Source: an uncultured Spirochaetota bacterium (lineage in GTDB: Bacteria > Spirochaetota > Spirochaetia > SZUA-6 > Fen-1364). Taken from it: DNA of 64,000 nucleotides. Made by a program: the position numbers and the translations under genes. Shown one piece after another: positions 50,636-61,238 of this stretch (within the stretch, counting starts at the first letter, position 1; each line of letters begins with the position of its first letter). Location of the stretch: NCBI GenBank assembly GCA_963845535.1, contig CAWJSK010000001.1, forward strand, positions 1-64,000. Direction: 5' to 3'. The notes beneath the pieces are model-generated. The model was not told the origin of the DNA and made no database searches. It saw nothing but the letters and a program-made list of their open reading frames with translations.

Positions 50636-52345
50636 CTAATCGGCCAGGGCAGCTTGCGCCCGCAGAAGGTCGTGCAGCGTGACCACGGACGTGATCTCCC
50701 CTGTGGACTCATCCCGCACCAGAACGATCCCTGAGGCGCTTTCCATCAGCCGCGCGCCCACCTCACGGACGCTCAAGGACGGCGGGCATTCCACCGGCGC
50801 CGTGATTCGGGGAGTGGAGTCCGTGGAGATTGCAGCCTTCATGTCCTCACGCATGACAATTCCGCTCACCTTTCCGTCCATGATGACGGGAAAACGGCGG
50901 TAAGGGTAGGACGCCAGGTAGCTTTCCATGGTCTTGCGCTGGAGGTCCGGCAGGATGACGGCGCGCGTACGCGCAATCTCGGACACCGGCAGTTTTTGCC
51001 AGCTCTCCAGGTCCCTTGGCGGCTTGATCCGGATCAGCTCGTGGCCGTCTTGAAGGAGAAGGGCGTCATAGAAATTGTGCTTTCCGCCCAGCCGCGCAAT
51101 GGCCTGGCTCACGATGGAGCAGAACATGAGCGCGGGGACCATCGAGAACTGGTGGGTCATCTCGAAAACTATGAGCAGGGCGGTCAGAGGCGCGCGCACC
51201 ACGGCGTTGAAGCAGGCGCTCATGCCCACGGCCGCCAGGACAATGCGGTCAGCCGCGGTGAGGGGGAGCCAGATGCTTGCGATCCCGGCAAAGAAAAGTC
51301 CCGTCATGCCGCCGAGAAACAGAGTGGGAGAGAAGATGCCGCCGCAGCCGCCCCACCCGTATGAGGCAATGGTGGCCACGAACTTCGCCACCACCAGCAC
51401 GCCCGCAACCTGCCAGACGAGCTTGTCATTCAGTGCGAGGGAGAGGTCATTGTAGCCGAGGCCGAATACCCCGGTGTGGCCGTTGATGAGAAACACCGCG
51501 CAGCCCAGGGCCCACGTCACCAGCGCGCCTGACAAGGGCCGCAGCCAGGCCGGCAGTCGGCTGCGCTCGCGAACGCGGGACCGCAGCGTCAGGGTCAGGG
51601 TCTGAAACCCCACGCCAATAAAGGATGCCACGGCGGCCACGAGAGGCAGGATCAGGTACATGAGCCACGTGATGCCCTCCACCGAGGGAAGCGTGAAAGC
51701 GGGCTGCCTCCCGAGGAACGCCTCCACAATGAGCGCCCCAAGCACCGCGGCAAGGACGACCCCTCCGAGGACCCGGCTTCCGAACTCATTGTTGAGCATC
51801 TCCTCCAGAACGAACGTTATTGCGGCAAGCGGCGTGTTGAAAGCCGCAGCCAAAGAGGCAGCCGCGCCGGTTGCCGACGGCTGACGTCGGCCCGTCCTCG
51901 GGATCCCCAGAGCCGCAGCAAGGTTCGACGCGACTCCTCCTCCAACGTAGACGGACGGTCCTTCGCGTCCGAGACTCGTTCCGCCCCCCAGTGTCAGGAC
52001 CCCGCCGATGAACTTCACGATCACGGACCTCATCTGGACGAGCCCGAGGTCCTTCCAGTAAGCCGCCTTGAGCTCCGGCACGCCGCTTCCCGCGGATTTC
52101 GGGCTGACCTTTTGCATCAGAAGACCAGAAGCCGCTGAGGTGAGGGAGATGACGATCAGGCTCCCGATGACAAAAACCAAGGCGGGTCCCGTTGAAAGCC
52201 TCACGATGGTGACTCGGAAGAGCAAGTTCGTGAGCCACAGGAACGCGACCGCGGCTCCGGCTGCCGCGGCCGCAAAGAGAAGCGTGGAGAGAATGCCGCG
52301 AGTGTTTTCCGGAATGCGGCGAAGCTTTTGCAGGGACAGTACCAT
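50636..52345 (-). CDS. ClC chloride channel/antiporter with CBS domains
   Basis: GSGVP, GREGP, FNTP, GGIFSP motifs; start uncertain. Confidence 0.92.
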   Translation of the reverse strand: MVLSLQKLRRIPENTRGILSTLLFAAAAAGAAVAFLWLTNLLFRVTIVRLSTGPALVFVIGSLIVISLTSAASGLLMQKVSPKSAGSGVPELKAAYWKDLGLVQMRSVIVKFIGGVLTLGGGTSLGREGPSVYVGGGVASNLAAALGIPRTGRRQPSATGAAASLAAAFNTPLAAITFVLEEMLNNEFGSRVLGGVVLAAVLGALIVEAFLGRQPAFTLPSVEGITWLMYLILPLVAAVASFIGVGFQTLTLTLRSRVRERSRLPAWLRPLSGALVTWALGCAVFLINGHTGVFGLGYNDLSLALNDKLVWQVAGVLVVAKFVATIASYGWGGCGGIFSPTLFLGGMTGLFFAGIASIWLPLTAADRIVLAAVGMSACFNAVVRAPLTALLIVFEMTHQFSMVPALMFCSIVSQAIARLGGKHNFYDALLLQDGHELIRIKPPRDLESWQKLPVSEIARTRAVILPDLQRKTMESYLASYPYRRFPVIMDGKVSGIVMREDMKAAISTDSTPRITAPVECPPSLSVREVGARLMESASGIVLVRDESTGEITSVVTLHDLLRAQAALAD

Positions 52346-52555
52346 TGTCTCTATTAAAACAGATTCGATTTCATCGTGACAACCCAAAGGACCACTATCC
52401 GCATGTCGAATTCTTTCGACTCGGTTTCATGACATGATTCGAGGGAAAAATCATCTCTCCGATGATACCTGACGGAGATGCCCGCCCTTACCATTGTTCC
52501 GTGAGGCTTGTGAGGCAGGCCCGCCGAAGAACCAGGACAGCGAGGGGATCGGACC

Positions 52556-52801
52556 GTGGAGGAAAAGATCGCTGAGTGCGCCGAGAGGATCTGGACGCTG
52601 CTGGAGCAGGCTCAGGAAGTGAACATCCTTCGGCTGTCGGAGTTGCTGGGGGAGAGGAACGTGGTTGCCTACCAGGCGCTGGGATGGCTGGCACGGGAGA
52701 AGAAAATTCATTACGCGCAAAGAGGGAGCCAGGTTTTCATATCGCGTAAAGAGGAGGCCGATGCGCCTCCTGATCGAAGATCGTCGAGGAGGCGTGCATG
52801 A
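52556..52801 (+). CDS. Small winged-helix protein (DUF2582-like)
   Basis: IA..AERIW.LL...QALGWLAREKKI pattern; ATGA overlap with the next gene. Confidence 0.75.
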   Translation: MEEKIAECAERIWTLLEQAQEVNILRLSELLGERNVVAYQALGWLAREKKIHYAQRGSQVFISRKEEADAPPDRRSSRRRA

Positions 52802-54606
52802 AAAAAGGGATTTGGAGAGTCTGGGGTGTCGGGTTGGCGGCGGTTGTGCTGGCGGCGGCGCTGGTGAGCTGCCAGACGGCCAAACCAAACACGGCGGGCA
52901 ACTCCATTCAGACCGAGCAGGCGGGGCTGGCGCCCAACGGGGACAAGGCGCACGCCACCATCGATTTCACGCTGGTGTTCGCCAACACGGCGGCAATCAA
53001 GACGTGGAAGGTGGAGATGGTCAACGGGGGCAACCCGCAGAAGCAGTGGAGCGGGGACGCGAAAAGCCTGCCCTCCACTTTGACGTGGGACGGGAAGAGC
53101 GAAAGCGGGTCAATCGCCCCCGAAGGCAACTACACGGCGAAGCTGACGGTGGACTACGGCAGCGGGACGCCGGCGGCTACAGCGGAGAGCAGCTCTTTCA
53201 TCCTGGATGTCTCCCCGCCGACGGGGAGCGTGAGCTTTGACCCGCAGCAGTTCAGCCCTGACGCGCAGGGCGCGGTGCAGCCGGTGACGGTGAACATCAA
53301 GGGCAGCAGCGCGGCAGCGAAGCTGGACAGTTGGTCGCTGGACATCATGGACCCGAATGGGACGGTGTTCCGCAGCTTTGACGGGAAGTGGCCCAGCGCG
53401 CAGGTCCAGTGGGACGGCAAGTCGGACAGCGGCTCCGTGGTGGCACCTGGAGCGTCCTATACTGCAAACGCCACGCTGAAGGATGAGTTTGGGCTGACGG
53501 GGCAGGCAACCGGAGCCATCGCGGTGAGCGGCTCGTCCCCCATGGCGGTGGGGCAGGCGCCGGGGACCTTTGGCGTCACTCCTCTGACCACGGGATTCTC
53601 ACCCAAAGGGACGGTGAAAGTCGAGAAGCTGTCCGTTGGCTACGGCAAGAGCGACGCAGTGAAGAGCTGGAAGCTGGAGATCCTGGATGGCAGTGGGGCT
53701 GCGGTGAAGACGTTCACCGGGGACGCTTCCAACATGCCCGCCACGACGAGCTGGGACGGGAACAACGACTCAGGGTCGATGTCCCCCGAGGGAGCGTACA
53801 CGGCGCGGCTTTCGGTGGATTACGGCGGCGCCTACGCGGCGGGGACAACCACGAGTGACCGCTTTGTGCTGGACATCACCCCGCCGACGGGGAGCATCAC
53901 GCTGTCCGAGCCGCTTTTCTCCCCGATCGAGGGCTCGCCCACCATCACGCTGACGGTGGACGCCAGCTCGCGCACGGCGAAGATTGCCAGCTGGCGGATG
54001 GCCATCAATGATCCTGAGAACCACCTGTTCAAGGCGTTCGAAGCTACGTGGCCCACCAAGGACGCGGTGTGGAACGGCAAGGGGATCAACGGCGACCTGG
54101 TGCAGTCCGCGGAGGACTACCCGGTGGTGGCGATGGTCAGGGACGAGTACGGCAACGCGGGAGAGCTGAAGTCAACGGTGCCGGTGGACATCCTGGTGGA
54201 GAAGACAGCCACGGGGTTCAGGATTTTGAGCTCGCGCATCTTCTTCAAGGCGTACACCGCGAACTACCAGGACGTCAGGCCTGACCTGGCGGCGCAGAAC
54301 CTGCAGCGGTTGAACGCCCTGGGGGCCAAGCTGAAGAAGTTCCCCAACTACAGGATCAAGCTCGTCGGGCACGCGGTGATGATCCACTGGGACAACAAGG
54401 CGCTGGGGGACATCGAGCAGCGGGACGTGCTGATACCGCTGTCCCAGGCGCGGGCGGAAGCCATCAAGAAGGCGCTTGTTGACAGGGGGCTGAATGATTC
54501 GATGTTCGCCACCCAGGGGGTGGGGGCGTCGGACCAGTTGGTGCCTGACAGCAACCTGGCAGACAGGTGGCAGAACCGCAGGGTGGCCTTCTTCCTGGAG
54601 AAGTAA
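52798..54606 (+). CDS. Lipoprotein with four FlgD-like Ig domains and a C-terminal OmpA-like domain
   Basis: Lipobox LVSC; repeated W.G/WDG..PEG.YTA units; LSQARAEAIK...NRRVAFF. Confidence 0.88.
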   Translation: MKKGIWRVWGVGLAAVVLAAALVSCQTAKPNTAGNSIQTEQAGLAPNGDKAHATIDFTLVFANTAAIKTWKVEMVNGGNPQKQWSGDAKSLPSTLTWDGKSESGSIAPEGNYTAKLTVDYGSGTPAATAESSSFILDVSPPTGSVSFDPQQFSPDAQGAVQPVTVNIKGSSAAAKLDSWSLDIMDPNGTVFRSFDGKWPSAQVQWDGKSDSGSVVAPGASYTANATLKDEFGLTGQATGAIAVSGSSPMAVGQAPGTFGVTPLTTGFSPKGTVKVEKLSVGYGKSDAVKSWKLEILDGSGAAVKTFTGDASNMPATTSWDGNNDSGSMSPEGAYTARLSVDYGGAYAAGTTTSDRFVLDITPPTGSITLSEPLFSPIEGSPTITLTVDASSRTAKIASWRMAINDPENHLFKAFEATWPTKDAVWNGKGINGDLVQSAEDYPVVAMVRDEYGNAGELKSTVPVDILVEKTATGFRILSSRIFFKAYTANYQDVRPDLAAQNLQRLNALGAKLKKFPNYRIKLVGHAVMIHWDNKALGDIEQRDVLIPLSQARAEAIKKALVDRGLNDSMFATQGVGASDQLVPDSNLADRWQNRRVAFFLEK

Positions 54607-54622
54607 GAGGGTCAGTGAAGAC

Positions 54623-54663
54623 AAGGGGCCATTCTCCGCAAGGAAGGATGGCCCTCTTTTTTT
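54623..54663 (+). terminator. Intrinsic terminator
   Basis: GGGCCAT/ATGGCCC stem followed by a T7 tail. Confidence 0.8.
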
Positions 54664-54681
54664 CGTAAAGGCACTGTTGAC

Positions 54682-56499
54682 ATGTCGAATCCATCTCTTG
54701 TTTTGCCCGAGGCGGGCATCAGCCCGAGGCCTTTGGGTCGGCCCGTCATGATCGTGCTTTCCATCCTCGCCGGCGTCATCTCCGGTTTCGGCGCGGTCAT
54801 CTTTCGGGACCTCATCAGCTTCGTCCATAACCTTTCTTTCTCCGGTGTGATGTCGTTCACCTACGACTCGAACAGCCACTCCGCGGCCTCGCCGTGGGGG
54901 CTGTTCGTCGCGTTCGTGCCTGTGATTGGAGCGGCGGGGGTCACCTTCCTCGTCACGCGGTTTGCCCCTGAGGCAAAGGGGCATGGAGTCCCGGAAGTCA
55001 TGGACTCCGTTCACCATGGCAGCGGCGTCATCAGGCCAATCGTGGCGCTGGTCAAATCAGTCGCCTCCGCCCTCTGCATCGGGACCGGCGGTTCCGTGGG
55101 GAGGGAGGGGCCCATTGTCCAGATCGGTTCGTCGTTCGGCTCGATGATTGGTCAGCTCCTCCCCATGCCGCCGAAGCAGCGCATCACGCTCCTTGCGGCA
55201 GGTGCCGCGGGAGGGATTGCGGCGACGTTCAACACGCCCATTGGCGGGATTCTTTTCGCTGTCGAGCTCATCCTCAATGAAGTCAGCACGGCCACCCTGG
55301 TGCCGGTGGCAATCTGCACGGTCACGGCCACATATGTCAGCAGGTTCTTCTTCGGCGTCCACCCCTCGTTCGTGATTTCGAGCCTTACGGGCCCGTATTT
55401 GACCCTCGAAAGCCCGGGCGTCCTCATCTCCTACGCCGCGCTCGGGATTCTCATGGGCGCCGCTTCCGCCTTTTTCGTCCGCGTGATCTACCTGGCGGAG
55501 GACCTGTTCACGGAGCACTCCTTCAAGAACCCGTACCTCAGGCACATGAGCGCCATGCTTGTCCTGGGGGTGCTCTTCGCTCTCCTGCTGAAGTTCACGG
55601 GGCACTACTACATCGAAGGCGTGGGCTATTCAACCGTCCAGGACATCCTCACGGGAAGCATGACAAGCCTGCCGCTCCTGCTCTTGCTGTTCACCCTCAA
55701 GGTCATTGCCACCTCTGTTACGCTCGGCTCGGGAGGTTCCGGCGGCGTTTTCTCTCCCTCCCTCTTCCTCGGTGCAACGGCAGGCGGCGCCTATGGTATG
55801 GCCCTTCTCCTTGTGTTTCCTGGCCTCGGCGTAAGGCCGGCGGCATTCGCGGTGGCAGGGATGGCCGGAATAGTCGGGGGGACCACGGGAGCCGCGCTTA
55901 CCGCCATCGTCATGATCTTCGAGATGACCCTCGACTACAGCGCCATCGTCCCCATTGCGATCACGGTGGCTTTCAGCTACGGGATCCGCAAGGCGATCCT
56001 GCGCGAAAGCATTTATACGCTGAAGCTGACGCGCAGAGGACACACCGTGCCGGACGCGTTTCGCGTCAGTTTTCTCTCCCTCAAAACGGTCGGAGAACTG
56101 ATGACGCGAGAGGTGGTTCCCGTCCCGGCCTCCGCCTCACTGGCCAGGCTCCAGCGCGCCCTACGCGACCATCCGGACGTGCCCTGGTTCCTGGTGACCG
56201 AGCGGGGCTTTGCCGTGGGGGTCATCTCACGGAACGACCTCCCCGGGGAGGCCGCGCCGGGGAGGTACAGACGGGGCTTCTCGACGAGGCTGATGAGATC
56301 GTACTCCAAGACGACGCAGAACGAGACGGCTTTCGACGCGGCGGCCCGCATGCGCTCCGAGGGGACCCTCGTTGCGCTGGTCTCCGATTCGCCTCTTGCG
56401 GTGCTCAAGCCGGCAGACGTCGTTGGCGTGCTTGGCAGGGAAGACCTGGGTGGTGTCATCGATGATTACGTGGACTTCTATTCCGACCACCGGGGGTGA
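54682..56499 (+). CDS. ClC chloride channel/antiporter with CBS domains (GHGVP variant)
   Basis: GHGVPE, GREGP, FNTP, GGVFSP, SIYTLKL. Confidence 0.93.
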   Translation: MSNPSLVLPEAGISPRPLGRPVMIVLSILAGVISGFGAVIFRDLISFVHNLSFSGVMSFTYDSNSHSAASPWGLFVAFVPVIGAAGVTFLVTRFAPEAKGHGVPEVMDSVHHGSGVIRPIVALVKSVASALCIGTGGSVGREGPIVQIGSSFGSMIGQLLPMPPKQRITLLAAGAAGGIAATFNTPIGGILFAVELILNEVSTATLVPVAICTVTATYVSRFFFGVHPSFVISSLTGPYLTLESPGVLISYAALGILMGAASAFFVRVIYLAEDLFTEHSFKNPYLRHMSAMLVLGVLFALLLKFTGHYYIEGVGYSTVQDILTGSMTSLPLLLLLFTLKVIATSVTLGSGGSGGVFSPSLFLGATAGGAYGMALLLVFPGLGVRPAAFAVAGMAGIVGGTTGAALTAIVMIFEMTLDYSAIVPIAITVAFSYGIRKAILRESIYTLKLTRRGHTVPDAFRVSFLSLKTVGELMTREVVPVPASASLARLQRALRDHPDVPWFLVTERGFAVGVISRNDLPGEAAPGRYRRGFSTRLMRSYSKTTQNETAFDAAARMRSEGTLVALVSDSPLAVLKPADVVGVLGREDLGGVIDDYVDFYSDHRG

Positions 56500-56505
56500 A
56501 GAGCG

Positions 56506-57897
56506 CTATGCGTGTATCGCCCAGCCCTCCACCGTCCGCATGGCCTCGCAGACGGCTTCCGAAAGCGTGGGGTGGGCGTGGATCATCTCCGCGATATCTT
56601 CCGGCAAGAGCTCCGCGGTACGTCCCAGGAGCATCTCGTGGATCATCTCCGTTGCGTCAGCTCCTACGATGTGCACGCCGAGAATCTCCTTCGTCTTCGG
56701 CTCATAGAGCACCTTGACGAACCCCTCTGACTGCTCAATGGCAACCGATTTGCCGGCGCCTCGGTACGGGAAGCTCGCCTTGGCGAACGAAATCTTCTGC
56801 TCCGTGGCTTTCCACTCGGGAAGCCCGAAGCTCGCCACTTGTGGCTCGCAGTAGGTGGCGCTGGGTATGGAAAGCGGATCCAGGCGCGGGCGCGGTGACT
56901 TTCCCGCCATGTGCTCCGTGGCGATCTCCGCCTCCTTGAAAGCCACGTGCGCAAGGAGCGGCGTGTTGACGACGTCCCCAATGGCGTAGATCCCCGGCAC
57001 CCTGGTCTGGTTGTAATCCTCCACGGGGATGAACCCTTTCTCCGTCGTGATCCCGACTTTCTCCAGCCCAATGCCGTCCGTGTTGGGGGTACGGCCTACC
57101 ACGACCAGGATCTGGTCCGCCTCAACGGTGGTACGCTTTCCCGCCTTGTCCTCCAGGACGACGCTGACGCCCGCTGCGCCTTTCTGCATTGAGACAGCTT
57201 TCGTCCCCGTGTTCATCTGGATGCCGCGCTTTTGGAACGCGCGCGCCAGGACCTGCACCGCCTCCGCATCCTCGATAGGAAGGATGCGGTCCAGCATCTC
57301 CACGAGGTGCACCTCCACGCCGAAAGAGTTGAGGACGTGGCTGAACTCCACACCGATTGCCCCCGCGCCAAGGATGATCGCTTTCTTGGGCAGCTTGGAA
57401 AGCATGATGGCGCCGGTGGAGGAAAGGACCCGCTGCTCGTCGAACTCGAAACCGGGAATAACACGAGGCCGGGACCCCGTGGCAATGACGATGTTCTTTC
57501 CGGTGACCTTCTTCCCGTCCTTCAGGGTCACCTCGTTCTTCCCGGAAATGGCCCCCTCCCCGACAATCGTTTCCACCTTGTTCTTCTTGAGAAGGAACTG
57601 GACGCCCTTGACCAGCGTGTCAGCGGCTTTTCGCGACTTGTCGAAAACGTTCTTGTAGTCGAAGCCCTTGGTGTCCACCGTCAGTCCCATTTCCGTGAGG
57701 CTCGGGATGGAGCGGAAAAGCTCCGCTTGATGGATCAGGGCCTTGGAGGGAATGCAGCCGACGTTGAGGCACACGCCGCCCACTTTGTCGCGCTCGATGA
57801 CCGCGGCTTTCAAGCCGAGCTGCGCCGCGCGGATTCCCGCAACGTAGCCGCCGGGTCCGCCGCCGATCACCACAACATCGTAATCGTAACCAGCCAT
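56506..57897 (-). CDS. lpdA: Dihydrolipoamide dehydrogenase
   Basis: GGGPGGY, GGVCLNVGCIPSK, HAHPTLSE. Confidence 0.97.
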   Translation of the reverse strand: MAGYDYDVVVIGGGPGGYVAGIRAAQLGLKAAVIERDKVGGVCLNVGCIPSKALIHQAELFRSIPSLTEMGLTVDTKGFDYKNVFDKSRKAADTLVKGVQFLLKKNKVETIVGEGAISGKNEVTLKDGKKVTGKNIVIATGSRPRVIPGFEFDEQRVLSSTGAIMLSKLPKKAIILGAGAIGVEFSHVLNSFGVEVHLVEMLDRILPIEDAEAVQVLARAFQKRGIQMNTGTKAVSMQKGAAGVSVVLEDKAGKRTTVEADQILVVVGRTPNTDGIGLEKVGITTEKGFIPVEDYNQTRVPGIYAIGDVVNTPLLAHVAFKEAEIATEHMAGKSPRPRLDPLSIPSATYCEPQVASFGLPEWKATEQKISFAKASFPYRGAGKSVAIEQSEGFVKVLYEPKTKEILGVHIVGADATEMIHEMLLGRTAELLPEDIAEMIHAHPTLSEAVCEAMRTVEGWAIHA

Positions 57898-57942
57898 GAA
57901 TGCCTCCGTTTCTTTCTCGAACCGATGAACAGGGCGGCCGTG

Positions 57943-59223
57943 CTAGGCCAACGCCAACATGGGATTCTCAAACATGTCCGCCAGCTCTCTGAGGAACGCG
58001 GCGCCCACCGCGCCGTCGATCACGCGGTGGTCGCAGGAAAGCGTGACGCGCATTCTCTGACGGATTTCGATTTTGTCTCCCGCGCCGACCACGGGCTCCT
58101 TGCGGATTGCCCCCACGGCGAGGATGGCCGACCCGGGCGGGTTTATCACCGCGGTGAACTCATCAATGCCGGACGAGCCGAGACTGCTGATGGTGAACGT
58201 GGCCCCTTCATACTCGGACGGCTGAAGCTTGCCCGTGCGCGCGCGTTCCACGAGGTCTGCCAGCTCGGCGTCAATGCCGAGGATCCCTTTCTTCCCGCAG
58301 TCTCGGACCACCGGCGTGATGAGGCCGTCGGGCTGAGCCACGGCCAGGCCGATGTCCGTGGCCGAGTGCCTGATGATGCTGTCCCCGTTCCACGTGGAGT
58401 TGACTTTGGGGTGATGCAGGAGCGCGCGCCCCGCGATTGCCATGAGGAAGGCGTTCATTGACGCTTTCTTTTCGCGCCCTTCGTTCAGCCGTGCGCGCGT
58501 TGCCAGCAGCTCATCCATGCCGATGGCAACGGTGAGGTAGTAGTGCGGGGCGGAGAACATCGACTCCGAAAGACGTCGGGCGATGACCTTGCGCATGTTG
58601 GACAGCGGCACAACCTCGTCACCTGGCCCGGGCTTGTAGGCCGGTCCGCTTGCCACGCCGGCAAGCGCGGCCCCCGTTGCGCGGACGCCTGCGCCCGCCC
58701 CTGTCGGGGCCGCGTCCAGGTCTCGCTTGACGATCCTGCCGTCCGGACCGCTGCCGCGCACGCTCCGCAGGTCGATTCCTCTTTGGGACGCGATCCGCCG
58801 CGCAAGGGGGGAGGATTTGACCCTCCCGGTGGCGGGAGCCGCAGCCGTGGTTGCAGCCGCCGCGCGGGAAGCGACACCGGCGGCCGCGGCGGAGCCGATT
58901 GCGGCGCCGCCGGGAGCCGTCGTGGCGGCGGGCGCCCTGGCGGCAGCGGGCCTTGCGTCCGCCAGCAGGGCGGAAAAATCCTCCCCCGGCTTCCCCATGA
59001 TGGCTATGGTGTCACCGACTTTCGCCTGCCCGCCCGCCTGCAGCATGATCTTGAGGAGCGTCCCTTCCGAGGTGGACTCGTAGTCCATGGTGGCCTTGTC
59101 CGTCTCCACCTCGCACAGCACGTCCCCCGAGGCAACCGTGTCCCCCTCTTTTTTGCGCCAGCGCACCAGCGTTCCCGTGTCCATGGTGGGGGAGAGCGCC
59201 ATCATCAGGATTTTCTCAGGCAT
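57943..59223 (-). CDS. pdhC: Pyruvate dehydrogenase E2 (one lipoyl domain)
   Basis: EVETDKA, SPLARR, DHRVIDG. Confidence 0.96.
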   Translation of the reverse strand: MPEKILMMALSPTMDTGTLVRWRKKEGDTVASGDVLCEVETDKATMDYESTSEGTLLKIMLQAGGQAKVGDTIAIMGKPGEDFSALLADARPAAARAPAATTAPGGAAIGSAAAAGVASRAAAATTAAAPATGRVKSSPLARRIASQRGIDLRSVRGSGPDGRIVKRDLDAAPTGAGAGVRATGAALAGVASGPAYKPGPGDEVVPLSNMRKVIARRLSESMFSAPHYYLTVAIGMDELLATRARLNEGREKKASMNAFLMAIAGRALLHHPKVNSTWNGDSIIRHSATDIGLAVAQPDGLITPVVRDCGKKGILGIDAELADLVERARTGKLQPSEYEGATFTISSLGSSGIDEFTAVINPPGSAILAVGAIRKEPVVGAGDKIEIRQRMRVTLSCDHRVIDGAVGAAFLRELADMFENPMLALA

Positions 59224-60193
59224 AGAGCACCCTTTTCACTGCATCAACGATCTTGTCCACGGAGGGCTGCGCGGCGAGCTCGAGGCCGTGGTTGTACGGC
59301 ATGGGCACGTCCTCCGCGGATACCAACTCCACCGCCGCATCCAGGTCGTCGAAGCAGTTGCGGGATACGAGCCACGCCACGTGAGAGCCGACGCTCGCAA
59401 AAGGCCAGGCCTCGTCAATCACCACGCAGCGGTTGGTCTTGCGCACGGACTCATAGATGGCCACCTCATCCAGCGGCCTGATGCTGCGCAGGTCCACCAC
59501 TTCCGCGTCGATGCCCTGGGCGGCGAGGGCTTCCGCTGCTTCCAAGACCATCCGAAGCGGCTTGGAGAACCCGATCAAAGTGACGTCTTTGCCCGGACGC
59601 TTGATGTCCGCGGTTCCCAGCGGGACCACGTGCTCCCCGTCGGGGACTTCCCCTTTCCATGAGTACATCAGCTCCGCCTCGAGGAATACCACGGGGTTGT
59701 TGTCACGAATGGATGCCTTGAGCAGGCCTTTGGCGTCAGCGGGGTTGGAAGGGGCAACAACCTTCAGGCCCGGCACGTGCGCGTAGATGGACTGCAGCGC
59801 CTGGGAGTGCTGGGACCCGAGGAATTCGGCCGGTCCGTTGGGGCCCCGAAACACAATGGGCACCGAAAACTGGCCGCCCGACATGTAGCGCATCTTGGAT
59901 GCGTTGCTGAAGATCTGATCCATTGCCTGCAGGGAGAAGTTGAGCGTCATCCATTCCACAATCGGACGAAGCCCTGCCATGGCCGCGCCAATTCCAATGC
60001 CGGTGAACCCCTCTTCCGAGATCGGCGTGTCGATGACGCGCTCAGGCCCGTACTTCTCCAGGAGCCCCTGGCTCACCTTGTACGCGCCATTGTACTGGCC
60101 CACTTCCTCTCCCAGGAGAAGGACGCTGTCGTCACGCGCCATCTCCTCGTCGATGGCCGCGCGCAGCGCCTCCCGAAACGTGATGACGCTCAT
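59216..60193 (-). CDS. pdhB: Pyruvate dehydrogenase E1 beta
   Basis: GEEVG.YNGAYKV, DTPISE, QHSQ, DVPMPY. Confidence 0.96.
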   Translation of the reverse strand: MSVITFREALRAAIDEEMARDDSVLLLGEEVGQYNGAYKVSQGLLEKYGPERVIDTPISEEGFTGIGIGAAMAGLRPIVEWMTLNFSLQAMDQIFSNASKMRYMSGGQFSVPIVFRGPNGPAEFLGSQHSQALQSIYAHVPGLKVVAPSNPADAKGLLKASIRDNNPVVFLEAELMYSWKGEVPDGEHVVPLGTADIKRPGKDVTLIGFSKPLRMVLEAAEALAAQGIDAEVVDLRSIRPLDEVAIYESVRKTNRCVVIDEAWPFASVGSHVAWLVSRNCFDDLDAAVELVSAEDVPMPYNHGLELAAQPSVDKIVDAVKRVLYA

Positions 60194-61218
60194 GCGTAGA
60201 CGTCCTGGTACAGCGCCGACGGGTCGGGCTCCGGGCTTTCTTCCGCGAAGCGGACCGCTTCGTCACACACTGCCTTGAACTCGGCGTCCATGGCCGTGAA
60301 GTCCGCGTCGGAGAAGATGCCGGACTCCGTCATGCGGGACCTTTGGATGAGGATGGGGTCCTGTTTTTTGTACGATTCCAGCTCTTCGGGGGTCCGGTAT
60401 TTCGCCGGGTCGCTCATGGAGTGCCCGCGATAGCGGTACGTGAGGACCTCCAGGAAAATGGGCGTTGACTCCGAACGGGCGCGTTCGGCGGCCGCGGTCA
60501 CCTCGCGGTTCACTTCCAGCACGTCCATGCCGTTCACCTGGCTTCCCGGGATACCGTAGGAGGACCCCATGACCGCGAAGTCCGTGACGGAGGAGACGCG
60601 GCGGAAGTCCGTTCCCATGCCGTAGTGGTTGTTCTCACAGATATAGACGATGGGGAGGTTATAGATCTTTGCCATGTTGAGGCTCTCATGGAAGGACCCC
60701 TGGTGGATTGCCCCGTCGCCGAACCAGCAGAGAACGACGCCGCCTTCCTTGCGGTAGCGGATCTTCATGGCAACGCCCGTTGCAACGGGGATCTGGGCGC
60801 CGACAATGCCGTTGCCTCCGTACATGTGCCGGCCGGCGTCGAAGAAGTGCATGGACCCGCCCTTGCCCCGCGAAACGCCGGTGGCCTTGCCGAACAGCTC
60901 CGCCATCAACAGGCGCGGCTCCATCCCGCAGGCAAGGGCGTAGCCATGGTCCCGGTAGGCGGCAACGACGTAGTCCTTGGCCAGGTCGATGGCCGCAATG
61001 GCCCCGACGGCAACGGCCTCCTGGCCGATGTAGAGGTGACAGAACCCGCCGATCTTCTTCAGGCCGTACATCTGGGCGGCCCGTTCCTCGAACCGCCGGA
61101 TGAGGAGCATCTTGCGCAGAAGCTCGATCTGGAACGCGGCGTCACCCCCCCGTACCCCTTCAGCGCCGTTGTCGGATGTCGCGGGCGCGCCCACGCGCGC
61201 ACCCTTCGTGCCTGCCAT
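60190..61218 (-). CDS. pdhA: Pyruvate dehydrogenase E1 alpha
   Basis: GFCHLYIGQEA, GKGGSMH, GDGA...NN, YRGHSMSDP. Confidence 0.96.
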   Translation of the reverse strand: MAGTKGARVGAPATSDNGAEGVRGGDAAFQIELLRKMLLIRRFEERAAQMYGLKKIGGFCHLYIGQEAVAVGAIAAIDLAKDYVVAAYRDHGYALACGMEPRLLMAELFGKATGVSRGKGGSMHFFDAGRHMYGGNGIVGAQIPVATGVAMKIRYRKEGGVVLCWFGDGAIHQGSFHESLNMAKIYNLPIVYICENNHYGMGTDFRRVSSVTDFAVMGSSYGIPGSQVNGMDVLEVNREVTAAAERARSESTPIFLEVLTYRYRGHSMSDPAKYRTPEELESYKKQDPILIQRSRMTESGIFSDADFTAMDAEFKAVCDEAVRFAEESPEPDPSALYQDVYA

Positions 61219-61238
61219 TGCCCGGTTCGCTCCTTCCG

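Noticed and set aside
14581..59481. Many long antisense ORFs (e.g. 14581-16098, 29641-30915, 30985-32757, 57232-58461)
   Set aside because: Typical stop-poor shadow frames of GC-rich genes, with no motifs or initiation signals
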